DNA of 64,000 bases from an uncultured Clostridium sp. (lineage in GTDB: Bacteria > Bacillota > Clostridia > Clostridiales > Clostridiaceae), in contig UQBY01000006.1 of NCBI GenBank assembly GCA_900539375.1, positions 47,722-111,721 of the forward strand. The letters run 5' to 3'. Of this stretch, positions 1 through 8,254 are shown piece after piece. The notes below the pieces were generated by a model. That model made no database searches, had not been told where the DNA came from, and was given only the letters and a program-made list of their open reading frames with translations. The translations under genes were made by a program, and so were the position numbers. Numbering within the stretch: position 1 is the first letter of the stretch; each line of letters begins with the position of its first letter.

Positions 1-1161
1 TGGCCTTGGTCCTATTAAGCTCATATCCCCTTTTAATACATTAAAAAATTGAGGTAATTCATCAATACTTGTTTTTCTAATAAATGTACCTATTTTTGTT
101 TTTCTACTATCATTTTTTGTTGTCCAATCCTTTTTTTCTTCTTCAGGGTCTTGCATTTTCATGCTTCTAAATTTATACATTGTAAATGGCTTTTTATTTA
201 GACCTATTCTTTCTTGTTTAAATATAATAGGCCCCTTTGAAGTTAGTTTTATAAGTATTGCAACAATAAGCATAATAGGTGAAAAGATTATTATTGCTAC
301 TAAAGAACCAACAATATCTACTAATCTTTTTATGGTTTTATTTAATATATTATCTAGTGGTATATACCTCATATTAATCAGTGGCAACCCACCAATTTCT
401 TCTACATATGGCTTAGCTGGAAGATATTTATAGTAATCTGGAATTATTTGTGCTCTTACTCCAAGCTTTTCACAAACAGAAATTATATGTTTAAGCTTAT
501 CATAATCTTTTATTTCTAGTGTTATTATTATTTCATCAACTGCTCTATTTTCAGATAAATATTTTTCTAAATTATCAATAGTTCCAAGGTAAGGAATATT
601 ATCATTATTTATTTTATAATCTTCAAATATCCCTAAAACTTTATAACCCCAATGAGGATTTTCTTTTATAAGTCTATTAAACTTTTCTGTTCCATCACTA
701 TATCCAACAAAAATTGTATATTTAGTATTATAACCTGTTTTTCTAGCTCTTCTCATTATAATTCTTATACTTGCTCTTTCTATTGTAGTAAAAAGTGTAC
801 ATAAAATAAAGAATACTCCAAGAAGAGTTCTAGAATAATCTATTTGTTTTGTTACAAATAATATCCCAGAAAATATTAATATTCCTAATATGTTTGCTAC
901 TATAATATTTCCAAGTTCTTTGCTTAAAAATATCATTCTTTCTGTATTATAAAGCTTTTTAAAATCATAAATAACTAAATATACTGGTATCATAACTAAT
1001 ACAGGAATAAGAAATTCTCTAAAACTTAAAACTCCACCTTCAACTTCTATAAGCCCACTATGTATTCTAATATACCAACTTAATAGAAATGCTAAAAAGA
1101 TTGTTACTATATCTAATATTACTATTCCTCTATTTAACAGCTTTTGATTTTCTTTAATCAT
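1..1161 (-). CDS. Polyprenyl-phosphate glycosyl-1-phosphate transferase (WbaP/CpsE 'bacterial sugar transferase' family), priming enzyme of EPS/capsule synthesis; C-terminus lies beyond the window edge
   Basis: Not in the ORF track because there is no stop in the window. Hand translation of the minus strand from the ATG at ~1161 gives MIKENQKLLNRGIVILDIVTIFLAFLLSWYIRIHSG..., with several TM helices. It continues ...KGPIIFKQERIGLNKKPFTMYKFRSMKMQ...IDELPQFFNVLKGDMSLIGPRP (conserved Bac_transf motifs). The frame stays open to nt 1. The ATG lies 3 nt after the stop of the upstream GT2 gene. Confidence 0.85.
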   Translation of the reverse strand, partial: MIKENQKLLNRGIVILDIVTIFLAFLLSWYIRIHSGLIEVEGGVLSFREFLIPVLVMIPVYLVIYDFKKLYNTERMIFLSKELGNIIVANILGILIFSGILFVTKQIDYSRTLLGVFFILCTLFTTIERASIRIIMRRARKTGYNTKYTIFVGYSDGTEKFNRLIKENPHWGYKVLGIFEDYKINNDNIPYLGTIDNLEKYLSENRAVDEIIITLEIKDYDKLKHIISVCEKLGVRAQIIPDYYKYLPAKPYVEEIGGLPLINMRYIPLDNILNKTIKRLVDIVGSLVAIIIFSPIMLIVAILIKLTSKGPIIFKQERIGLNKKPFTMYKFRSMKMQDPEEEKKDWTTKNDSRKTKIGTFIRKTSIDELPQFFNVLKGDMSLIGPRP

Positions 1162-1164
1162 AAG

Positions 1165-2121
1165 TTATCCTCTCTTTAAAAGATTAAAAGTATTTTTAAA
1201 TAATGCTTTTTCTACTTTTAAATAATTGTGACTATTATTTTTTAATCTTATCTTTTCTATTTTTTTTCTATTTTTTATACCTTCTATTATTCCTTTTATA
1301 TATGTTTTACCAAATCCTTTCTTTATAAAGTATATCCATTTTACCAAAATTCCAACAAAAATGAATATAAAATTTATTACAATTTGGATAAAAGTCATAT
1401 TTTTATATATTAAAAAAATATTATTTCTAGCAGCTAATCCTACTTTAAAATCATTGTGCCTACTTCCACTAGTTGCACTTCCTATATGATATACTTTTGC
1501 ATTATGACAAAAATAATTTTTATAACCAAAAATATTTGCTCTATAAGAAATATCCATATCCTCTAAATAGGCAAAAAAATTTTCATCAAAATATCCTATT
1601 TTTTTAAATACAGAGCTTCTATATATAGCTGCTCCTGCACAAGAAGAAAAAACCTGTTCTGATTTATTATAACAGCTTGAAGGTTTTCCATCTCCTCTTT
1701 TTACTGCCCAACCTAATATTGTATATTCATCACCAACATCATCTATAATATCTCTTTTGTCATATCTAAGCATTTTGCTACAACATGAAAATATTTTTTC
1801 ATCTTTTTTTATACATTCATATAAATTCTTAAGCCAATCTTTATCTACCTCTGTATCATTGTTTAATAATGCTACAAATTCACTTTTATTATGTTTTATT
1901 CCTTCATTTACAGCCACACTAAATCCTTTGTTTTCATTAAGTTTTATTAATGTAACTTTTTCTTTAAAGATATTATTTATTATTTCTAAGCTTTTATCTT
2001 TTGAATTATTATCAACTATTATTATTTCTTCTGGTTTTAATGTTTGTTCCATTAAGGTATCTAAACATTTTTTTAAATACTTTTCTCCATTATAATTTGG
2101 AATTACTACTGAAACTCCCAT
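1165..2121 (-). CDS. Family 2 glycosyltransferase
   Basis: ORF track 1165..2187. GT2 signature VSVVIPNYNGEKYLKKCLDTLMEQT...IIIVDNNSKD and LLNNDTEV (DxD-like), plus a C-terminal TM helix. I moved the start to the internal ATG (MGVSVVIP), which follows a GGGAGA RBS. Confidence 0.85.
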   Translation of the reverse strand: MGVSVVIPNYNGEKYLKKCLDTLMEQTLKPEEIIIVDNNSKDKSLEIINNIFKEKVTLIKLNENKGFSVAVNEGIKHNKSEFVALLNNDTEVDKDWLKNLYECIKKDEKIFSCCSKMLRYDKRDIIDDVGDEYTILGWAVKRGDGKPSSCYNKSEQVFSSCAGAAIYRSSVFKKIGYFDENFFAYLEDMDISYRANIFGYKNYFCHNAKVYHIGSATSGSRHNDFKVGLAARNNIFLIYKNMTFIQIVINFIFIFVGILVKWIYFIKKGFGKTYIKGIIEGIKNRKKIEKIRLKNNSHNYLKVEKALFKNTFNLLKRG

Positions 2122-2216
2122 ATTTTTTTCTCCCATATCCTTAGAAAATGTTATGACTGTGTGGTATTTAAAATATCTCACAGCCATAACATTTTAAGAC
2201 TTAAAATTTTATTATA

Positions 2217-2783
2217 TTATTTGTATTCAAATGGTACATCTAAGTCTTTTAAACCTGGATGAACCTTATCTTTTTCTGAAAGAATTATATTATCAATTCC
2301 TTCTAGAGGCCATTCTATTCCTATATCAGGGTCATTCCATAGAACTCCTCCTTCTCCTTCTGGGCAATAAAAATCTGTACATTTATAATTAAATATAGCA
2401 TGGTCTGAAAGTACTAAAAATCCATGTGCAAAACCTTCTGGAATATAGAATTGTTTCTTGTTTTCTGCTGATAAAACAACTCCTTCCCATTGACCATAAG
2501 TTGGAGAGCCTTTTCTTAAATCTACTGCAACATCAAAAACTTCTCCTTTAGTAACTCTAACAAGTTTTCCTTGAGTATGCTTTGTTTGAAAGTGTAATCC
2601 TCTTAAAACTCCTTTACTTGAACTTGATTCATTATCTTGAACAAAATCCATAGTTAGGCCTGCTTCTACAAAATGTTCTTTATTATAAGTTTCCATAAAA
2701 TAACCTCTGTTATCTCCAAAAACTTTTGGTTCAATAATGTAAACACCTTTTATTTTAGTTTCATTAAATTTAAAATTTCCCAC
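2217..2783 (-). CDS. rfbC: dTDP-4-dehydrorhamnose 3,5-epimerase
   Basis: 188 aa. N-terminus TKIKGVYIIEPKVFGDNRGYFMETYN, then RGLHFQ...KLVRVTKGEVFDVAVDLR, the typical RmlC cupin motifs. Confidence 0.9.
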   Translation of the reverse strand: MGNFKFNETKIKGVYIIEPKVFGDNRGYFMETYNKEHFVEAGLTMDFVQDNESSSSKGVLRGLHFQTKHTQGKLVRVTKGEVFDVAVDLRKGSPTYGQWEGVVLSAENKKQFYIPEGFAHGFLVLSDHAIFNYKCTDFYCPEGEGGVLWNDPDIGIEWPLEGIDNIILSEKDKVHPGLKDLDVPFEYK

Positions 2784-2856
2784 TCTATACTCTCTTCCTT
2801 TCTGTTAATTCTATTCTAATTTTTTATTTTATTCTTATTATAATATATTGTCAAAT

Positions 2857-3870
2857 TTAAGCTTTATATCCCTTAGGATTGTTTTTTTGCCATCTCCATG
2901 AGTCTTCACACATTTGTGCTAAAGACCTTTCAGCCTTCCAATTTAGTTCTTTATTTGCTTTTGATGGGTCTGCATAGCAAATAGCCACATCCCCAGCACG
3001 TCTTGGTGCTATTTTATATGGAATTTTCTTTCCACAAGCCTTTGAAAATGCTTCAACTAATTGAAGAACACTAAATCCATTTCCTGTTCCAAGATTATAT
3101 GTAACTAATCCTGAATTACTTTCAAGTTTTTCTAATGCTCTTATATGTCCTATAGCTATATCTACAACATGTATATAATCTCTTACTCCTGTTCCATCAA
3201 TAGTATCATAATCATTTCCAAATACACTTAATTCTTTTAATTCTCCAACTGCAACCTTAGTAATATAAGGCATTAAATTATCTGGAATTCCATTTGGGTC
3301 TTCACCTATAATTCCACTTTCATGAGCTCCTATTGGATTAAAATATCTTAATATAGCAATGTTCCAAGAGGAATCTGAAGCAGCTAAGTCCCTTAATATT
3401 TCCTCTCCCATAAGCTTTGTTCTTCCATATGGATTTGTTGCTGTTAATGGAAAACTTTCTAATATAGGCATAGTTTCTGCATTACCATAAACTGTGGCAG
3501 ATGAACTAAATACTAAATTTTTAACATTATTTTTTTTCATAATATCAAGCAAAACTAAAAAGCTTACCATATTATTTTTATAATATTCTAATGGATTCTT
3601 TACAGATTCTCCAACAGCCTTAAGAGCTGCAAAGTCTATTACAGATTCAATTTTATTTTCTTCAAAAACTTTTTCTACAGCTTCTTTATCAGCTAAATCT
3701 ATATTGTAAAATATAACATCTTTTCCTGTTATCTCTTTTATTCTATCTTTTACTACTATGCTACTATTACATAAATTATCTATTATAATGACTTCTTTTC
3801 CTGCCTTTAACAACTCTACAGTAGTATGGCTACCTATATATCCCATACCCCCTGTTACTAATACTGACAT
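2857..3870 (-). CDS. galE: UDP-glucose 4-epimerase
   Basis: 337 aa. VLVTGGMGYIGSHT Rossmann motif, SSSATVYG, and the YGRTK (YxxxK) SDR catalytic motif. The length is typical of GalE. Confidence 0.9.
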   Translation of the reverse strand: MSVLVTGGMGYIGSHTTVELLKAGKEVIIIDNLCNSSIVVKDRIKEITGKDVIFYNIDLADKEAVEKVFEENKIESVIDFAALKAVGESVKNPLEYYKNNMVSFLVLLDIMKKNNVKNLVFSSSATVYGNAETMPILESFPLTATNPYGRTKLMGEEILRDLAASDSSWNIAILRYFNPIGAHESGIIGEDPNGIPDNLMPYITKVAVGELKELSVFGNDYDTIDGTGVRDYIHVVDIAIGHIRALEKLESNSGLVTYNLGTGNGFSVLQLVEAFSKACGKKIPYKIAPRRAGDVAICYADPSKANKELNWKAERSLAQMCEDSWRWQKNNPKGYKA

Positions 3871-4010
3871 ATATATTTTTCCTCCTGTTTTTAGCTTATA
3901 TTTTATATTAATATTTTATTAAAATTTAATCCCTACAACTTTTCTTAATTATATCATAAAAACTATAAGTTAGTATATTATTTTCTTTTCTTTAAAAATT
4001 TGAAAACTAA

Positions 4011-4051
4011 GAAAAAATGAGATGTTTTAAAGTATATTTAAAACATCTCAT
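4011..4051 (-). terminator. Rho-independent terminator downstream of amylase gene 4068..8018
   Basis: Perfect ~15-bp inverted repeat atgagatgttttaaa / tttaaaacatctcat. It is followed on the minus strand by a T-run (plus-strand gaaaaaa). Confidence 0.75.
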
Positions 4052-4067
4052 AAAAACTACTTATTAA

Positions 4068-7000
4068 TTATTTTATTGTATAACTTATTGATTTTCTTGT
4101 TACTTTTCCATTTGAGTCTTTTACATCTACATATAGTGTCTTATTTCCTGTTTTACCAGCTTTCCATATTGCTATATTTGATGATGAATAGTCTTGAATT
4201 ACAAACCAGTTTCCTGATGCATCTTTTACTAAGAATTTATATTGTAATTCTCCTTCTCCTGTTGCTTGTGCCATTAATAGAAGTTGTGTTCCACTTGCTT
4301 GTGGTGACTTCTTATCTGCTGTAAAGCTAGTTACTGTTGGTGCTGCTGCAGTTATTGTATAACTCATTGATTTTCTTGTTACTTGTCCATTTGAGTCTTT
4401 TACATCTACATATAATGTCTTATTTCCTGTTTTACTAGCTTTCCATACTGCTATATTTGATGATGAATAGTCTTGAATTACAAACCAATTTCCTGATGCA
4501 TCTTTTACTAAGAATTTATATTGTAATTCTCCTTCTCCTGTTGCTTGTGCCATTAATAGAAGTTGTGTTCCACTTGCTTGTGGTGACTTCTTATCTGCTG
4601 TAAAGCTAGTTACTTTTGGTGCTGCTGCTTTTACTGTATAACTCATAGAAGCTCTTGTTACTTTTCCATTTGAGTCTTTTACATCTACATATAATGTCTT
4701 ATTTCCAGCTTTACCTGTTCTCCATATATAAGTATTTGATTTTCCATAATCTCTTAATACTGCCCAGTTTCCTGATGCATCTTTTATTAAGAACTTATAT
4801 TGTAATGTTCCTGTTCCTGTTGCCTTTGCTGTTAACTTTACTTGTGTTCCACTTACTTGTGGTGATTTCTTATCTGCTGTAAAGCTAGTTACTTTTGGTG
4901 CTGCTGCTTTTACTGTATAACTCATAGAAGCTCTTGTTACTTTTCCATTTGAGTCTTTTACATCTACATATAATGTCTTATTTCCAGCTTTACCTGTTCT
5001 CCATATATAAGTATTTGATTTTCCATAATCTCTTAATACTGCCCAGTTTCCTGATGCATCTTTTATTAAGAACTTATATTGTAATGTTCCTGTTCCTGTT
5101 GCTTTTGCTGTTAATTTTACTTGTGTTCCACTTACTTGTGGTGATTGTTTACTTGCTGTAAAAGAATTTATAACTAAATTATCAGCTTCATTAGATTTTA
5201 TTGTATAACTAAAATTATCACTTACTTTGTTTCCATCTTCATCAGTTACATCAACATATACTGTATATGTTCCTGCTTTAGTTGGTTTCCATGTATAAGT
5301 GTTTGATGTTGTAGTACTTAATGTTGTAGTACTTCCATTAAATTTAACATAATACTTATAAGTAAGAGAACCTGTACCACCTTCTGCATCTGCTGATAAA
5401 ACTATTGATGTTCCTAATTGTTGTGGTGATGACTTACTTGAAGTAAAACTATTTAATGTAAGTTCTGTTGGAGTTACAACTGTAGCTATTTCATATGACA
5501 TTTCTTTAGAAACAGTTGTATTATCTGCATTTTGAACTTCTACTCTTACTTTATAAGTTCCTTCTTTAGTAGCTTTAAGAGTATAAGTATTTTTACGAGA
5601 ATAATATTGAACTACTTGTTCCTTACCATTAGGTTCAGTTACAAAGAACTTATAGAATAATAATCCATTTCCTACATTTTCTCCACCAATTGCATTTACT
5701 GTAAATGTAATGCTTGAATTTTTTGGTTGAGGTGCTGTTTTATTTACCTTTATGCTCTTAATTACTGGAGCATCACTATCTACATCACCAGTTTTAATAA
5801 CAAATTGTTTAGTTAATTCTGCTGTTTCACCTTTATCATTTTTAGCTTCAACTTTTATTGTATAAGTTCCAGCTTCACTTGGAGTCCAAGTTACTGTATT
5901 TTTAGTTGAAAAACTACTTAATGTTTCACTAGTTGAACCTTTTGTTACTGTAAATTTATATTGTATTGTCCCTTGTCCACTTGCATTTGCTGTAATCTTT
6001 ATATCTGTATCTGTAGATTGTGGTGATTGTAAATCAGTTGTTATTTCTTTAACCTTTAATGATGTATCTACTACTGTTTCTGACCAAGTTCCATTTTCAT
6101 ATTTCATAGATTTTGAAGATGTTATAGCATATCCTGATTGTTGTGCTCCTGGAATTTGATTGCTTCCATCATTAAAAATTATTAATGCACTACTTGTACC
6201 TTCTGGTAATGTGTAACTATAAACTCCATTACCTTCATCTTTCATAGCTTTTCCTGGCCATTCTCCATTAAGCTCAGTTACTGATGAACCACTTTTTGTA
6301 TATACATAAGCATTTGGTGTTCCCCAACCTGATGGTTTTACAAAATATGCTGAAGCTGCTCCTGATATAACAGTGCTTCCACCGCCACCAGTGCTTCCGC
6401 CACCACCAGTGCTTCCGCCACCGCCAGTGCTTCCACCGCCACTTGTAGCGCCTACATATAAAACAGCTATTGATGAACCTTCCATATTACCAGTTAATGT
6501 TCCATTTGAAACAGTAAATGTTCCGCCTGAAGCTGCTTGGTTTTCATAAGTACCATTTGGTAAACTTGTACTTGTGCTAATTGAAGTGCTTCCACCTACA
6601 TTAGTTAGAAGTATACCCTTATTTCCACGTTCTATTTTAAATACTTTATCATTATTTATAGAAGAAATTTTTTCTCCTTCGGAAGCCATAGCATTGTGGA
6701 ATAAGTTAACTGCCATGACATTTTTAGACGCAAAATCATCTGAACCTCTTTGACCCATTGTATTATAAGCTTCACCTTGAGGGTTCATAGGATTATCTCC
6801 AAATGATCTATCAGTTGGTCTATTAAAGAATAGTGGTACTATTTTAGCACGTCCTGCTAACATTGCCCAAGCCATTTCTCTTTGAATTTGAGTCATACCT
6901 CTTGTAGCACCTGCATTAGCATATAAGTCATGACTTTCTACCCAACCTACAAGCTTATCATTAGTTATACTTCCTGGTGTTTCACCATTTCCTGCTGCAT

Positions 7001-8018
7001 ATTGTGTTGTTGCAAGAGTATCTGTATGAGGATCTACCTTACCATTATTTCCATTACATCCAAGAACGTCTACTCCATTCTTTTCTTCTTGCCACATTTC
7101 ATAACCTACTGCTGATCTTAAATGCCAACCATAAGTACTAGCTGTAACACTCATATACTTAGTATAATTGTTAAAGTTTGTTCCAGGTTCATCACCTTGT
7201 AAAACTTCTCCATAAATAAATGCATCTGATTTTACTGATTTTACTCTGTTTATTATGTTAGGCCAGAAATCACTTGAAGGATTGTTACCTTCTTCAGATG
7301 CTGGTAATTCAATACTCTTAGCTGCATCAAATCTAAATCCATCAGCTCCTGCATTTAAACACTCTACTAAGTAGTCTCCTATTATCTTTTGTGAAGATAA
7401 ACTTGCTGTATTTATATCTGGCATACCAATACAACATCCTTGAGTAACCTCACTTCTTACATTCCAGTGATTTATTCTAGGTGACTTACGTGCTTCATTA
7501 TATAATGTTGCATCTGCATTTGAAGCATTAGCTCCATCTGCTAAGTGATTTGCTACTACGTCTACTATTATCTTCACTCCATATTTATGAGCTTCTGTAC
7601 ACATAGCCTTAAATTCTGCAACTGTTCCAAGATATTCATTACCTAATGTAAAATATGTTGGTTGATATAACCAATACCAAGATGGATTTGAATTAGTATT
7701 AGTTTTATCTGCATTATTCCAACCACTTCCTTTTCTACATGCTTGTGCTGGTGATGTTTGAATAGAAGTGTATCCTGCATCAGCAATTTCTTTCATATTC
7801 TCTTTAATTGAATTAAATGACCAGTTCCAAGCATGAAGTATAACTCCATCCTTAATGGAATCGGCTTGTGTAGCAGCCTTTTCTGATGCATATGTTGATT
7901 CATTATTTGTGCTTACAGTAGCAGCACTTGCATTAGTTGAAAAGCTTCCCACAAATAAACTTGAAGTTACTGCTAATGTAGCAACTATACTTGTAAGTCT
8001 TTTTCGTGTCTTCCCCAT
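4068..8018 (-). CDS. Secreted AmyE-like GH13 alpha-amylase with a Gly/Ser/Thr linker, a CBM25/26-like starch-binding module and 7 C-terminal triple-tyrosine (Y_Y_Y-type) Ig-like repeats
   Basis: 1316 aa. Signal peptide MGKTRKRLTSIVATLAVTSSLFVGSFSTNASA. GVILHAWNWSFNSIKENMKEIADAGYTSIQTSP...WYWLYQP...KIIVDVVANH...GFRFDAAKS...YGEVL...WVESHD closely resembles B. subtilis AmyE regions I-IV. These are followed by (GGGST)n, then AYVY..WPGKAM..YSYTLP..IIFNDG..QIP, then 7 x ~93-aa repeats carrying LQYKF..W..Y..YVDVKD. Confidence 0.9.
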   Translation of the reverse strand: MGKTRKRLTSIVATLAVTSSLFVGSFSTNASAATVSTNNESTYASEKAATQADSIKDGVILHAWNWSFNSIKENMKEIADAGYTSIQTSPAQACRKGSGWNNADKTNTNSNPSWYWLYQPTYFTLGNEYLGTVAEFKAMCTEAHKYGVKIIVDVVANHLADGANASNADATLYNEARKSPRINHWNVRSEVTQGCCIGMPDINTASLSSQKIIGDYLVECLNAGADGFRFDAAKSIELPASEEGNNPSSDFWPNIINRVKSVKSDAFIYGEVLQGDEPGTNFNNYTKYMSVTASTYGWHLRSAVGYEMWQEEKNGVDVLGCNGNNGKVDPHTDTLATTQYAAGNGETPGSITNDKLVGWVESHDLYANAGATRGMTQIQREMAWAMLAGRAKIVPLFFNRPTDRSFGDNPMNPQGEAYNTMGQRGSDDFASKNVMAVNLFHNAMASEGEKISSINNDKVFKIERGNKGILLTNVGGSTSISTSTSLPNGTYENQAASGGTFTVSNGTLTGNMEGSSIAVLYVGATSGGGSTGGGGSTGGGGSTGGGGSTVISGAASAYFVKPSGWGTPNAYVYTKSGSSVTELNGEWPGKAMKDEGNGVYSYTLPEGTSSALIIFNDGSNQIPGAQQSGYAITSSKSMKYENGTWSETVVDTSLKVKEITTDLQSPQSTDTDIKITANASGQGTIQYKFTVTKGSTSETLSSFSTKNTVTWTPSEAGTYTIKVEAKNDKGETAELTKQFVIKTGDVDSDAPVIKSIKVNKTAPQPKNSSITFTVNAIGGENVGNGLLFYKFFVTEPNGKEQVVQYYSRKNTYTLKATKEGTYKVRVEVQNADNTTVSKEMSYEIATVVTPTELTLNSFTSSKSSPQQLGTSIVLSADAEGGTGSLTYKYYVKFNGSTTTLSTTTSNTYTWKPTKAGTYTVYVDVTDEDGNKVSDNFSYTIKSNEADNLVINSFTASKQSPQVSGTQVKLTAKATGTGTLQYKFLIKDASGNWAVLRDYGKSNTYIWRTGKAGNKTLYVDVKDSNGKVTRASMSYTVKAAAPKVTSFTADKKSPQVSGTQVKLTAKATGTGTLQYKFLIKDASGNWAVLRDYGKSNTYIWRTGKAGNKTLYVDVKDSNGKVTRASMSYTVKAAAPKVTSFTADKKSPQASGTQLLLMAQATGEGELQYKFLVKDASGNWFVIQDYSSSNIAVWKASKTGNKTLYVDVKDSNGQVTRKSMSYTITAAAPTVTSFTADKKSPQASGTQLLLMAQATGEGELQYKFLVKDASGNWFVIQDYSSSNIAIWKAGKTGNKTLYVDVKDSNGKVTRKSISYTIK
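4071..6060 (-). repeat. Coding tandem array of 7 x ~279-bp units (triple-tyrosine Ig-like repeats); the last four (4071-5186) are two pairs of near-identical duplications
   Basis: Units 4629-4907 and 4908-5186 encode 80 identical consecutive residues. Units 4071-4349 and 4350-4628 differ at only a handful of residues. The period is visible directly in the nucleotide sequence. Confidence 0.9.
6372..6445 (-). repeat. 15-bp GC-rich tandem microrepeat encoding the (GGGST)n linker
   Basis: gtgcttcc(a/g)cc(g/a)cc(a/g)cca is iterated about 4 times. The translated sequence is GGGSTGGGGSTGGGGSTGGGGST. Confidence 0.85.
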
Positions 8019-8052
8019 TAAAAATTTCCCCTTTCATTTCATAATTACTTTT

Positions 8053-8066
8053 TGTAATCGTTATAT
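8053..8066. promoter_or_regulatory. cre-like (CcpA/LacI-family) operator upstream of the AmyE-like amylase
   Basis: TGTAATCGTTATAT matches about 12/14 positions of the Firmicute cre consensus TGWAANCGNTNWCA. It lies ~35-50 nt upstream of the start codon at 8018. Confidence 0.4.
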
Positions 8067-8201
8067 AATGTATTATACAATTTTTTTTAATCAGTATCAA
8101 TAAAATATTAGAAATTATTTGTTTATTTATTTAATTCCATAATATATTTATCTAAATATTTTATCTTCAATTAATAAAAGGTGCTTTTTCAATCATAATT
8201 T

Positions 8202-8242
8202 TAAAAAAAGATGTGGAAATAAATAAATTATATTTCCACATC
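8202..8242 (-). terminator. Rho-independent terminator downstream of 8255..11173
   Basis: Inverted repeat gatgtggaaat / atttccacatc, with a minus-strand T-run (plus-strand aaaaaaa at 8203-8209). Confidence 0.75.
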
Positions 8243-8254
8243 ATATATATCATA

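Noticed and set aside
161-433. 90-aa plus-strand ORF at the window start.
   Set aside because: It lies entirely inside, and antisense to, the clearly conserved priming glycosyl-phosphotransferase frame (1..1161, minus strand).
4071-6060. Regularly spaced direct repeats that look superficially like a CRISPR array or a satellite.
   Set aside because: The period is 279 bp, in frame, with no unique spacers. The units encode a folded ~93-aa protein domain inside a continuous 1316-aa ORF.
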